DNA of 64,000 nucleotides from Acidilobaceae archaeon (lineage in GTDB: Archaea; Thermoproteota; Thermoprotei_A; Sulfolobales; Acidilobaceae): positions 11,306-75,305 of the forward strand of contig JAWBBK010000006.1 of assembly GCA_038824665.1 (NCBI GenBank), in the 5' to 3' direction. Of this stretch, positions 26,726-38,792 are shown piece after piece; the stretch's first letter is position 1, and the number at the start of each line of letters is the position of its first letter. Made by a program: the position numbers and the translations under genes. Below the pieces are notes generated by a model. It saw only the letters and a list, made by a program, of their open reading frames with translations. It did no database searches and was not told the DNA's origin.

Positions 26726-27907
26726 ATGGGAAGCGGTGCCAGGACAGTGAATAAAAAACTGATACTAGCCTCTATACTGACCTTTATAGTTATAATAGGA
26801 GCTATTGTCAGTATATTCAAATGGAGTGGAGATCAAGAATCGATACAGGAACCAACAGACGAACAGAAGAATCAAACAGAACAACAGGAAGTGATAGCTG
26901 GCGGAAGAAGCGTAAGTCTTATCGGAGCAGGAGCTAGTTTTCTTCATCCTCAGATAGACTACTGGGCCAAGAAGTTCTCCGAGAAACACAAAAACGTGAA
27001 GATCGATTACTCCCCAGTAGGTAGCGGAGCCGGACAACGCCAATTTTTAGACAAACTAGTTGACTACGCTGGAAGCGATCCTCCACTGACTGGCGAAGCT
27101 TTGAGACGTGCTCGCGAAGACTCTAGAGGACTCATCCAGATGCCCATAGTCGCTGGAGCGGTGGTTGTAGTCTATAACATACCGGGTTTAGAGGGCAGAC
27201 TTAGGCTAACGGGCGAAGTTATAGCCTTGATATACTTGGGAGAAATAGAGCGTTGGGACGATCCTCGAATTAGAGAATTAAACCCTGATCTCAGATTGCC
27301 TGCTCAGCCAATAGTAGCTGTCTACAGATCTGACGCCAGCGGAACCACCAACATATTTACCCAATTCTTATTAAAATCGTCGAACAACCTTTGGCCTAAA
27401 GAGCTAGTGGGGCTCAGTGTAGATTGGCCTGTTGCCAAAAAAGGACGAGCTCTAGGAGGTAAAGGCAATGCTGGAGTAGCCGAAATCATAGCTAAAACTC
27501 CGTACTCTATAGGCTATGTTGAATACTCTCACGCAGTCATAGCTGGACTGCCCTGGGCTCTTATAAAGAACAGAGACGGAGTTTTCGTAGACGCCACTCC
27601 TGAAACGATCTCTGCTGCCATTGCGGTCGCCTCTCCACAGTTCCCAACCTCTCCTGATGAAGATTTCTCAGAAGCGTGGAAAGCTGTGATCTACGCTCCC
27701 GGTAAAAACTCGTATCCTATAGCTTCCTTCTCTTTCCTCATCCTATACAAAGTCTACCCGGACCCCGATAAGGCAGAGGCCATTAAGGCCTTCGTGAAAT
27801 GGATATTAACCGAAGGTCATAAACACATGGTCCAAGGTTATGTAGCATTACCTCAAGAGGTCAGAGAGTACAACTTAAGAGCCTTAGACTCAATTAGGAC
27901 GAACTAG
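26726..27907 (+). CDS. pstS: Phosphate ABC transporter substrate-binding protein
   Basis: GAGASF, GSGAGQ, YAGSD, YRSDASGTT, SIGYVE, YPIASFS; N-terminal TM anchor. Confidence 0.96.
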   Translation: MGSGARTVNKKLILASILTFIVIIGAIVSIFKWSGDQESIQEPTDEQKNQTEQQEVIAGGRSVSLIGAGASFLHPQIDYWAKKFSEKHKNVKIDYSPVGSGAGQRQFLDKLVDYAGSDPPLTGEALRRAREDSRGLIQMPIVAGAVVVVYNIPGLEGRLRLTGEVIALIYLGEIERWDDPRIRELNPDLRLPAQPIVAVYRSDASGTTNIFTQFLLKSSNNLWPKELVGLSVDWPVAKKGRALGGKGNAGVAEIIAKTPYSIGYVEYSHAVIAGLPWALIKNRDGVFVDATPETISAAIAVASPQFPTSPDEDFSEAWKAVIYAPGKNSYPIASFSFLILYKVYPDPDKAEAIKAFVKWILTEGHKHMVQGYVALPQEVREYNLRALDSIRTN

Positions 27908-27917
27908 GTTATGTTCT

Positions 27918-28901
27918 GTGAGCAAAGGGGAAAACAAACAGCCTCTTCACGATAAGATTTTATTCCTCTCCTTAGCTGTACCTACCTTGTTGATTTCTAG
28001 TGTGTTAGTTCTTTTGTTTCTCGCTATGCTCTTTGAAAGCATGCCTATACTTCGTTTACAAGGTCTATCAACTTTTACATCGATAGGTTGGAAGCCTTCT
28101 GAAGAAGAGGCGCCTCCTTCAGTTGGGCTCTTTAGAATCCTCTTTGAGCCTCCTGTAGAGGCCAAATCTTGGTATGGGTTACTCCCACCGCTCGTCGGTA
28201 CCGTTTTGACTTCTCTAACAGCTGTTTTTGTGGCTCTACCCCTTTCGCTTTCATTGGTTATCTTCATAGAGGAGGTCTTGCCTAAGAGGTTCAGAGATCT
28301 CATATCAATACCTATTGACATCATGGCAGGGATGCCCACGATACTTTTCGGCATTTGGGGACTGAGCTTTTTAGGACCCTTCCTCCATAAGCATGTAGCT
28401 CCGTTACTTCATAACTATCTGGGCTTCTTGCCCTTCTTTTCATGTGCTCCGCTTTCTGGATATAACGCTTTAACGGCTGGAGTGCTCCTCGGGATAATGA
28501 TAGTTCCATTCATGACAGCAATAATTCAAGAATCCTACGAGTCCATACCTTATACCTATAGAGAGGCCGCTTGGAGTATCGGCCTCTCTCACTTCGAATA
28601 CGTTCGTCTGAACCTCTCAATGATATCTCCCGCTGTGCTCTCAGCTATACTTTTAGGTCTCGGTAGAGCAATGAGTGAAACAGCTGCAGTCGCTCTCGTC
28701 GTAGGTAATGTCTACACTTTCTCCGTTTGCCTCTTAAGTCCTTTCTTCACTATAACTTCTTTAATAGCTAACAAGTTTGCTGAAGCCGCTATATATCCTT
28801 ATCTCTCTAACGCTCTTTTCGCTGGCGGGCTTCTGTTGTTAATCATAGGTCTGTTCATTAACACCCTAGGTCTTTTGTATATGAGAAGGGTCAGATTCTG
28901 A
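27918..28901 (+). CDS. pstC: Phosphate ABC transporter permease PstC
   Basis: AGMPTILFGIWG, YREAAWSIG, LGLGRAMSETAAV. Confidence 0.95.
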   Translation: MSKGENKQPLHDKILFLSLAVPTLLISSVLVLLFLAMLFESMPILRLQGLSTFTSIGWKPSEEEAPPSVGLFRILFEPPVEAKSWYGLLPPLVGTVLTSLTAVFVALPLSLSLVIFIEEVLPKRFRDLISIPIDIMAGMPTILFGIWGLSFLGPFLHKHVAPLLHNYLGFLPFFSCAPLSGYNALTAGVLLGIMIVPFMTAIIQESYESIPYTYREAAWSIGLSHFEYVRLNLSMISPAVLSAILLGLGRAMSETAAVALVVGNVYTFSVCLLSPFFTITSLIANKFAEAAIYPYLSNALFAGGLLLLIIGLFINTLGLLYMRRVRF

Positions 28902-28914
28902 GGTTGAAGGTTTT

Positions 28915-29757
28915 ATGAACTTTAGAAAGCTTGTTGACAAAATATTTGCGATCGTTGTCACCTTATTGGCTTTGTTAGCTCTGATTCCCGTGGTCCATAT
29001 AACTTTCTACATAGTTTACAAAGGTCTCCCCACAGTCCTTGAAGAAGGATGGAAGTTCTTTGTATCGGTGCCCGCTCCTGCTACATCGCCTGAACCCGGC
29101 GGAATAGGTCCTGCGCTAGCCGGAACCATAACTATGGCTACCTTAGCCACATTGATTGCCGTACCGATATCTATAGCCGCAGCAATATTCGCTACTGAGC
29201 TACCTTCTAGCTTTTTGGCTAGAGCCGTAAGGGCTACAGCTAGATCGCTCATAGAGATTCCTACGATACTCATAGGCATGTTAGTCTTCGTTCTTCTAGT
29301 CGTTCCGCTAGGACACTATATAGGACTAGCTGGAGCTATAGCTTTAGCTATAGTGATGGTTCCATACGTTTACACTTATACAGAACAGGCTCTTCAACAA
29401 GTCCCAAAGACATATATAGAAGCCGGCTATAGCATAGGACTTAAAAGGCTCGAAGTTATATGGCTGATCACGTTGAGAATGTCGTCTAGAGGTATAGCGA
29501 GAGGCATTACAATAGGGGTTTCCAAAGCTATAGGTGAGACAGCTCCTTTGATCTTCACTGTTCTAGGAGTTAGAAGCGCTATCAACTTCAATCCGTTAGA
29601 GCCTATGGATGCCACACCTCTTATGATCTTCCACTTCATACAAACACCGTTTCCTAGCTGGCAAAAGCTAGCATGGGGAGGAGCCTTTGTACTGTTGGTG
29701 CTTTATCTCTCTGTGTTCATCCTATCTAGGATGGTAGTTAAAGAAGTCAGACGCTGA
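28915..29757 (+). CDS. pstA: Phosphate ABC transporter permease PstA
   Basis: GGIGPALAGT, EIPTILIG, KAIGETAPLIFT, LAWGGAFVL. Confidence 0.95.
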   Translation: MNFRKLVDKIFAIVVTLLALLALIPVVHITFYIVYKGLPTVLEEGWKFFVSVPAPATSPEPGGIGPALAGTITMATLATLIAVPISIAAAIFATELPSSFLARAVRATARSLIEIPTILIGMLVFVLLVVPLGHYIGLAGAIALAIVMVPYVYTYTEQALQQVPKTYIEAGYSIGLKRLEVIWLITLRMSSRGIARGITIGVSKAIGETAPLIFTVLGVRSAINFNPLEPMDATPLMIFHFIQTPFPSWQKLAWGGAFVLLVLYLSVFILSRMVVKEVRR

Positions 29758-29795
29758 GAATCTCTTTTTTATAAAAAACTCAATTTTAGCTAGCC

Positions 29796-30512
29796 TCAAG
29801 AGCTTTCTGTTAACTTAGCTAGAGTTTTACACGCCTCACGTAGTATATCTGAGCTACTTCTAAGTCCTTCTGAAAAGCTCTCTTTAGCTGGATATCTTAT
29901 GATTAGAGGACTATAACCCAACCTCTCTTCAGCTTTCTTAGATAGCTCTAGCTCATTAAACAGTTGGTCGGGACCTAAGAGAATTACATGAGGTTTTATC
30001 ATCTCTACAGGTTTCATCATATCGTGTTCGTCGCCTAGGATTGCTTCGTAAACGTATTTGATAGAGGAAACAAGTCTCAGTCTAGAACCCTCATCGAGTA
30101 CAGGTCTTCTGCCTTTAAGTCTCACAACTGTAGCGTCGCGAGCCACCACAACATAAACTTTGCCAAGCGTGGAAGCGTATCGTAAGAGTTCTATGTGACC
30201 TGGGTGTAATATATCGAAAGTGCCACCAACCATAACTTTTTTCTCTTCTATAAGAGAAGAAGGCCATTTTAATTCGAGAACGCCAAGATATCTTAATGCG
30301 TCGAGAAGACCTTCAGCATACGATATTGCAACCAGCGCTGTCTCCTCGTCTCCTATTTTTAAATAGTATTGAGCATCATGAGTATACCTTTTAGCCGAGT
30401 CAAAGAGTCTCTCTAAATCCTCTTTCTTTAAGGTTCTTGTCATAACCGAATCCAATTTAATCGATTCCAAAACCCTCAATACGTTGTAAATGTATTTTTC
30501 GGCTCTCCTCAA
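29796..30512 (-). CDS. ribL: DUF357 / FAD synthetase (RibL-type cytidyltransferase) fusion
   Basis: N-part AKRYTHDAQYYL...ISYAEGLLDA; C-part GGTFDILHPGH, VVVARD, LGPDQ, SSSDI. Confidence 0.82.
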   Translation of the reverse strand: MRRAEKYIYNVLRVLESIKLDSVMTRTLKKEDLERLFDSAKRYTHDAQYYLKIGDEETALVAISYAEGLLDALRYLGVLELKWPSSLIEEKKVMVGGTFDILHPGHIELLRYASTLGKVYVVVARDATVVRLKGRRPVLDEGSRLRLVSSIKYVYEAILGDEHDMMKPVEMIKPHVILLGPDQLFNELELSKKAEERLGYSPLIIRYPAKESFSEGLRSSSDILREACKTLAKLTESS

Positions 30513-30584
30513 ACTCTCTCCCTATCGTTTTAGGTAAAGATTAAACTCTTTACTGAAAACATTCTAACGGCAGGTTTGAGAACC

Positions 30585-32429
30585 TTGTGTGGAATCATCG
30601 GAGTAGCGTTGACTAACAACAAAGCAGGAACGTATATAGCGAAAGGGCTAAAGAGATTAGAATATAGAGGATACGATAGTGTTGGATCAGTCATAATCAC
30701 GTCAGACGGAAGAGTCTTAATCAAAAAGCAAAAAGGAGATGTAGACGCGTTTTTATCAAGATTTAAAATAGAAGATATCGATGGAAGCGTTGGGATCGGG
30801 CATACTAGATGGGCTACACATGGAGAGCCTTCAGACATCAACGCCCATCCTCATACCGATTGTAAAAAAACCATCTTCATAGTTCACAACGGAGTTGTCA
30901 GAAACTATTCCAGTTTACGTGAAGAGCTTATGAACAAAAAGCATGAGTTGATAAGCGTTACTGATACAGAGCTGATAGCCCATGTGATAGAAGAAGAGCT
31001 AGAAAGATCGAAGACCTTCTTAGAGGCTTTAGCTAAGGCCGTAAAGAGAGTCTCTGGAGCGTACGCACTAGCGATTATATACTCTAAAGAGCCCGATAGA
31101 GTCTATTTCGTCAAAAAAGGAAACCCTTTGGTTATAGGAATTTCAAATATAGGAATGTTCATAGCTAGCGATATTCCAGCTCTTCTCGAGTTCGCACGAA
31201 ATGTTGTAGTGATAGAAGACAATGAAATTGGCTGGATCACCAACAACGACTACAAAGTATTCAGATTGGAAGAAGGTTTTGAAGAGATCGTTTTAATCCC
31301 TGTCTCAAAGACCCCTATAGTCGTGGAATGGACTCTCGAAGAAGCCGAGAAGGGAGGACATCCTCACTTTATGATCAAGGAGATCGAAGAACAACCTCAC
31401 GTGCTAGCGTCAACATACAACGGGCTGGTAGAAGACCCAAAGACTCTAATTGTCTCAGAGATGATCGCATCAGCAGAGAAGGTCCTGATCGTTGGAGCTG
31501 GGAGTAGTTTTAACGCTGGACTTGTGATAGCTTATTACTTAACTGAGCTGGCTAAAGTGCTACCTCACTTAGCGGTTTCCTCAGAGTTCAAAGTCTATAA
31601 AAACGTAGTAGATAAGAACACTTTGGTAATCGCTATTAGTCAAAGCGGAGAGACTTATGACACTCTTGTCGCTATCCGGGAGTTCAAAAAACTAGGAGCG
31701 CGAATAATAGGGATCAGTAACGTAATCGGTTCGGCTCTCTATAGAGACTCAGATATTTGTGTTTTAATGAGAGCTGGACCAGAGATCGGAGTTGCAGCTA
31801 CGAAGACCTATCTTTCACAAGTGCTTGTAGGAGAGATCATAGCTATCAAAGCTGCTCGAGCAGCTGGACGGCTTGGGATCTCAGAAGAAAAAGAACAACT
31901 AAATAGCCTGAGCCTAGCGCCTTCAATAACTAAACGGTCTATAGAGATATCGCATAAGAGCGCAGACCCTTCTTTGTTGTCTTCTGAGCACAAGAGTTCA
32001 TATATATTAGGCAAAGGACTTGGTGGTCTCTTAGCTAGAGAAGCAGCCCTCAAGATTAAGGAGATATCTTACATACATGCCGAAGCTTATCCAGCAGGAG
32101 AAAGCAAACATGGACCTATAGCCTTAGTGGAGCGAAGCTTTCCGGTATTCTTCATAGCTACTAGCGATGCTGAAGAAATCGGAGGCAATATAGCGGAGAT
32201 GGCTGCTCGAAAAGCCAAGACAGTTGTAGTAAAGCCTAAGAACTTAAATTTGCAACTATCGAGAGACCTCAGCGAGTTGGTGATTGAAATGCCCGCCGCA
32301 CTTAACATCTTGCTAGAGCCTTACTCTCTAATTCCCTTCTTCCAAATACTAGCTTACAGAACGGCTGTAGTTAGAGGCTACAACCCAGACAAGCCCAGAA
32401 ACTTAGCCAAAACAGTAACGGTAGAGTAG
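30585..32429 (+). CDS. glmS: Glutamine-fructose-6-phosphate transaminase (canonical)
   Basis: MCGIIG (Cys1), EYRGYDS, GHTRWATHG, NAHPH, HNG, SQSGET, VAATKT, ESKHGP, PRNLAKTVTVE. Confidence 0.97.
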   Translation: MCGIIGVALTNNKAGTYIAKGLKRLEYRGYDSVGSVIITSDGRVLIKKQKGDVDAFLSRFKIEDIDGSVGIGHTRWATHGEPSDINAHPHTDCKKTIFIVHNGVVRNYSSLREELMNKKHELISVTDTELIAHVIEEELERSKTFLEALAKAVKRVSGAYALAIIYSKEPDRVYFVKKGNPLVIGISNIGMFIASDIPALLEFARNVVVIEDNEIGWITNNDYKVFRLEEGFEEIVLIPVSKTPIVVEWTLEEAEKGGHPHFMIKEIEEQPHVLASTYNGLVEDPKTLIVSEMIASAEKVLIVGAGSSFNAGLVIAYYLTELAKVLPHLAVSSEFKVYKNVVDKNTLVIAISQSGETYDTLVAIREFKKLGARIIGISNVIGSALYRDSDICVLMRAGPEIGVAATKTYLSQVLVGEIIAIKAARAAGRLGISEEKEQLNSLSLAPSITKRSIEISHKSADPSLLSSEHKSSYILGKGLGGLLAREAALKIKEISYIHAEAYPAGESKHGPIALVERSFPVFFIATSDAEEIGGNIAEMAARKAKTVVVKPKNLNLQLSRDLSELVIEMPAALNILLEPYSLIPFFQILAYRTAVVRGYNPDKPRNLAKTVTVE

Positions 32430-32440
32430 GTAAAAATGCG

Positions 32441-32509
32441 ACCTCAGAGCTTTGGCCCCACATCACCTCTCAGACAGCCCTCTTGGAAGAGGGCCTTCTC
32501 TTCACTGGT
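32441..32509 (-). ncRNA. Box C/D sRNA (putative) with a hairpin inside the D' guide
   Basis: ACC-A-GTGAAGA-gaagGCCCTCTTccAAGAGGGCtgt-CTGA-gag-GTGATGT-ggggccaaagct-CTGA-GGT. Confidence 0.75.
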
Positions 32510-32527
32510 TGGAAGCTAAAGGTTTCC

Positions 32528-32779
32528 TCAACCTCTTTTTGAAGTCTTCAGCTTAATAATTCTTTCATCTTTTGTGCTAAGTTGAACTACGATATAGTTT
32601 TCCTTTTCTAATATCATGAGCGATCTAGTTAGGTCTGTTGGAGAGATCTCAATTTTCTCTTTTTCAAAAAGATAAGACTTAAGAGTTGACTCAAGTACTA
32701 CCCCGTCGTCTCCGGCAAGCTTCTTAATGGTCTCTAGTATTATATGAGTTAGAGGCAATCGAGTCCAAGTAGTTGACAA
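32528..32779 (-). CDS. Small winged-helix-like protein downstream of cdc48
   Basis: 83 aa, helix-turn-helix-like EISPTDLTRSLMILEKENYIVV followed by a wing. Confidence 0.7.
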   Translation of the reverse strand: MSTTWTRLPLTHIILETIKKLAGDDGVVLESTLKSYLFEKEKIEISPTDLTRSLMILEKENYIVVQLSTKDERIIKLKTSKRG

Positions 32780-32793
32780 AGAGATCGCCTCTA

Positions 32794-35028
<2,235 letters not shown>

Positions 35029-35156
35029 AGTTGCTCCTTAATAGATTGTGACCTACTTGAGAGTTATAAGTCTGTCCTCTTAGATTAAATGTCACCACCT
35101 AATTACCGAAGCTTTAAGTATATATGAGAGTGTTTATAGACCACTCTACTACTTAA

Positions 35157-35474
35157 TTAAGAGTTTTGTATTGACTTCTTACATCGCTCGCTTCTTTTCT
35201 TCACATAGCTCTCCACTATCTTTCTTAAAACCGAAATTGGATCTTCGATTACTGCCAAGAGTTCATTCTCTGTTTTGATTATTCTGATGAAGCCCAGTTT
35301 GGAGAGTCTCTTGAGAGAGTTCTTAGAGGCTTTTCTGCTCATACATAGTTCTTTCTCAAGAACTGCTAGAACCAAACCTATATTAACTTTGTTTCCTAAG
35401 CCAAAGCTGTCTACAAGTTTTAAAGCACACGCTATTTCTCTTTTGCTTAGCCTCACTCTACTGCTCCCCCACAA
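35157..35474 (-). CDS. Hypothetical winged-helix-like protein
   Basis: LEKELCMSRKASKNSLKRLSKLGFIRI pattern; real start may be the GTG of VRLSKRE. Confidence 0.6.
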   Translation of the reverse strand: MWGSSRVRLSKREIACALKLVDSFGLGNKVNIGLVLAVLEKELCMSRKASKNSLKRLSKLGFIRIIKTENELLAVIEDPISVLRKIVESYVKKRSERCKKSIQNS

Positions 35475-36028
35475 GCTGAAGCCAGGCTTGCCATCAAGAA
35501 AACTCTAACGTATGCAGACCCCTTCAGTAACGTGATTTCGTAACCTCTTTCGTTCTTAATTACTACTGGCGTGCTGTTTATTACTGCCACTACACCCGGC
35601 TTTTCCTTAGAAACTTCAGCTAAAACATACAACCCTCGTAGACCGTTGATTGAAAGAGCTACAGGATCCCTTATGTCGACAGCCTTAGCGACCCCCTCTA
35701 TCTCAACCGTATTAGGACTCTCTATCACCGTAACCCTCGGTACTCCAGAAACTACGCATCCTTCAACCCAACTTGGAGAAGCTATCTGAAATGTTATTGA
35801 CCTAGAGAAAGGAGGTTCTCCTCTAAAAATAATGCTTCCAACACCTAAAACCAGACTAATAGACTCATCGGTTTTTGTCTTAACGGTAACGATTGAAGGA
35901 TAAGTTATTAGTAATGCCCTCTCTTTAATAGCCCATTCTATGAAATCTTTAGCGTTTAACTCTCTCAATATTTTTTCTAGGTTCGGTAACAAATCCAGAA
36001 CGTAGAGTCCTACATCTACTCGAGGCAA
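35453..36028 (-). CDS. Hypothetical protein
   Basis: 191-aa ORF, beta-rich C-terminal part, no recognised family. Confidence 0.65.
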   Translation of the reverse strand: MPRVDVGLYVLDLLPNLEKILRELNAKDFIEWAIKERALLITYPSIVTVKTKTDESISLVLGVGSIIFRGEPPFSRSITFQIASPSWVEGCVVSGVPRVTVIESPNTVEIEGVAKAVDIRDPVALSINGLRGLYVLAEVSKEKPGVVAVINSTPVVIKNERGYEITLLKGSAYVRVFLMASLASACGGAVE

Positions 36029-36109
36029 CTTTGATCTCCGATACTGTCGTCAAAGCCGAATTCATAACGTTTATTAGGAGTAAGTGTAGGAGAAGCTCGG
36101 GTGTAGATA

Positions 36110-36319
36110 ATGAGTAAAGTTGAAAGTAAAGACATCCCAATACATGATACTGTGAATCCCCCTCTCTGCAATAGCTGTGGTAAGCCCATAAGCGTCGAGA
36201 ATCCCGGTCTTTACTTTGCATGTCCTAACTGTGGTCTTGTTATAATATGGAGATGTAATAAATGTCGTGTTCAGGGAAACCTCTATAAATGTCCTCATTG
36301 TGGATTTGAAGGTCCTTGA
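36110..36319 (+). CDS. Zn-ribbon RNA-binding protein (DUF1610/COG2888)
   Basis: Four CxxC pairs ending CPHCGFEGP; conserved position before EF-1beta. Confidence 0.93.
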   Translation: MSKVESKDIPIHDTVNPPLCNSCGKPISVENPGLYFACPNCGLVIIWRCNKCRVQGNLYKCPHCGFEGP

Positions 36320-36330
36320 GGTGACTTAAA

Positions 36331-36606
36331 GTGGCAAAGATCGCAGTAGGCGTTAGGGTGTTCCCTTCCGATATAAACCTAAGTCTTGAAGAGCTACTCA
36401 AGCGTATAGAAAAGTCGCTTCCTCCTGAGTACAGCGTAGCTACCTACATGGAGATACCGATAGCCTTTGGATATAAAGTCTTAAGAGTGATAGTATTGAT
36501 GCCAGAAAACGTTGAAGGCGGCACTGATCAGCTTGAGACGTTGCTCTCTAGCGTAGAGGGAGTAGATCAAATAGAAGTAGAATTCGTACATAGAGTGTCA
36601 GAATAA
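36331..36606 (+). CDS. ef1b: Elongation factor 1-beta
   Basis: RVFPSD, EIPIAFGYK, EGGTDQLE, VEGVDQIEV. Confidence 0.95.
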   Translation: MAKIAVGVRVFPSDINLSLEELLKRIEKSLPPEYSVATYMEIPIAFGYKVLRVIVLMPENVEGGTDQLETLLSSVEGVDQIEVEFVHRVSE

Positions 36607-36676
36607 CTAGGTCCATACCAAACCCTAGATTCTCGCTTTTCTCCTCTAGCACTTCACTTATCTAAGGGAGCAAAAC

Positions 36677-37678
36677 GTGTCTCTCAGAATACCTCTATCG
36701 AGAGAAAGAGAAAGAGTAAAAACGGAAGAGATAGAGCGTTTTGACGTAGCGATAGTAGGGGGTGGTCCTGCTGGAGTTGCTGCCGCAATCTATGCATCAA
36801 GACTGCTTTTGAAGCCGATAGTTCTCACGAAATTCTTTGGGGGGTTACTTAACGAGACTGAATGGGTCGATGATTATCCTGGACTGTTGAAGATCAAGTC
36901 TTCAGAACTCATAGAGCTCTTCAGAAGACATTTGGAACTTTTCAATATCGATGTTAAGACAGGGTTTGAGGTCGAAAGGATAGAGAGACATGGAGAAATC
37001 TTTAGGCTAGTGGGAACGGGGGGGAGAGAAGTAGAAGCTAAAGCTGTGATCATCTGTATAGGTCTGAAAAGAAGAAGGCTCAACGTACCTGGCGAGACTG
37101 AGTTTATCGGACGAGGGGTTAGTTACTGCGCTGTTTGTGATGCACCTCTGTTCAAGGGGAAGAAGAGCGTAGCTGTTGTAGGAGGAGGCGATGCTGCTGT
37201 AGAAGGGGCTATGATTTTGAGTGGCTATGTCAACAAGGTTTACTTAATCCACAGAAGAAGAGAATTTAGAGCAAAACCAGCTCTTGTAAAAGAAGCTCTA
37301 ACCAGAGAAAACTTAGAGTTCGTCTTAGAGTCCACAGTAACCGAGATCTTAGGAGACAACGCTGTAAGAGCAGTGAAAGTTAAGAACCTAGCTACAGGCG
37401 AAGAGAGAATAATCGAAGTTGATGGAGTGTTTATCGAGATAGGTTTCGAGCCTCCAATAGACTTTCTGAAGAGACTTGGATTAGATTTAGATGCTGAGGG
37501 CTACGTTAAAGTCGATGAGTGGATGAGAACAAACATCCCAGGGGTTTTTGCTGCTGGAGACGTTATATCTTTGTGGAAGGGGTTCAAACAAATAATCAAC
37601 GCTGCCGCTACAGGAGCTGTAGCTGCATATAGCGCCTACCAGTACCTGATAGAGAGGGGGATGTTAGAAAGATTATGA
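36677..37678 (+). CDS. trxB: Thioredoxin reductase
   Basis: GGGPAG, GVSYCAVCD, VVGGGDAAVEGA, TNIPGVFAAGD. Confidence 0.94.
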   Translation: MSLRIPLSRERERVKTEEIERFDVAIVGGGPAGVAAAIYASRLLLKPIVLTKFFGGLLNETEWVDDYPGLLKIKSSELIELFRRHLELFNIDVKTGFEVERIERHGEIFRLVGTGGREVEAKAVIICIGLKRRRLNVPGETEFIGRGVSYCAVCDAPLFKGKKSVAVVGGGDAAVEGAMILSGYVNKVYLIHRRREFRAKPALVKEALTRENLEFVLESTVTEILGDNAVRAVKVKNLATGEERIIEVDGVFIEIGFEPPIDFLKRLGLDLDAEGYVKVDEWMRTNIPGVFAAGDVISLWKGFKQIINAAATGAVAAYSAYQYLIERGMLERL

Positions 37679-38748
37679 AAGTCAAGAGAGGCTTAGGTCT
37701 AATACCGAAAGGGCTACCAGATAAGTGGACGCCTCTGGTAGAGAGGTTAGTAAAGCAAGGCTACCACTTCGCTGGTCGTCACTCTTTAGTTAAGAAGTGC
37801 TATTGGACTCATACAGCTATAGTCGAGAGGAGGTTTTGTTATAAGTGTAAGTTCTATGGGATAGCCAGCCACAGAGACATCCAAATGACTCCCTCAGCTT
37901 TCTGGTGCTGGAATGCATGTATCCACTGTTGGAGGATTCGACCTTCAGACTTAGGGATCGAAATGGATGAGACTAGAATCCCCTCAGAGCTTCTAGACGA
38001 CCCGAAAGCTGTCTTAGACTCAGCTATTCGAGAACAGAAAAGAATAATAAGTGGATATAAAGGACACCCCAGAGCCGATCCAAAGCTAGTAGAAGAAGCT
38101 ATGAATCCTGTACACGTCACTCTAAGCTTGACGGGAGAGCCTACCCTTTATCCCATGTTAGACGAACTCCTCAGAGAGATCCATAAAAGAGGAATGACTA
38201 GCTTTCTCGTCACTCGAGGAGTAAGGCCTGACGTCTTAAGCGAACTTCAAGAAGAACCCAGTCAGCTCTACATAAGCATTGAGGCATGGGATAAACAAAG
38301 TTATGAGAGATTAAGCAATCCGCTAGTGCCGCGCGCTTGGGAGCTGACGCTTGAGACGTTATCTATCTTGCCTAGCTTCAGCTCTCCTACTGTTTTAAGA
38401 ATAACGTTGATAAAAGGACTTAACGACACCGAAGAGGCTTTGCGCGGGTTCTCTAAGCTTATAGAGTTAGCTCAACCCACTTATGTCGAAATCAAGGCAT
38501 ACATGTGGCTAGGAGCAAGCAAAAACAGATTACACAACACTGCAATGCCAGAACACGAAGATGTAAAGAAGGTAGCGGAAAAGCTCGCTTTAGCTACTGG
38601 CTACTCCCTACTAGGAGAGAGCAAAGCTAGCAGAGTTGTGCTTTTGAGCAAACTGAGCAAACCAATAAGAATTGGAGAAGGATGTCCCGAAGGTCTGGCT
38701 ACTAACGAGTCCGAAAAAGGTGAATATGACGATATAGAAGATTATTAG
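37675..38748 (+). CDS. taw1: 4-demethylwyosine synthase Taw1/TYW1
   Basis: HSLVKKCYW, CYKCKFYGI, CWNACIHCWR, SLTGEPTLYP, YVEIKAYMWLGAS. Confidence 0.93.
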   Translation: MKVKRGLGLIPKGLPDKWTPLVERLVKQGYHFAGRHSLVKKCYWTHTAIVERRFCYKCKFYGIASHRDIQMTPSAFWCWNACIHCWRIRPSDLGIEMDETRIPSELLDDPKAVLDSAIREQKRIISGYKGHPRADPKLVEEAMNPVHVTLSLTGEPTLYPMLDELLREIHKRGMTSFLVTRGVRPDVLSELQEEPSQLYISIEAWDKQSYERLSNPLVPRAWELTLETLSILPSFSSPTVLRITLIKGLNDTEEALRGFSKLIELAQPTYVEIKAYMWLGASKNRLHNTAMPEHEDVKKVAEKLALATGYSLLGESKASRVVLLSKLSKPIRIGEGCPEGLATNESEKGEYDDIEDY

Positions 38749-38792
38749 AAGAGCGTTAAGTTAAATTAAAGAGAGTTCTGTCGAGATGTTCT

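Noticed and set aside
29796-30512. DUF357-FAD synthetase fusion as a novelty
   Set aside because: I recall this fusion or adjacency as common in crenarchaea, so it is not distinctive
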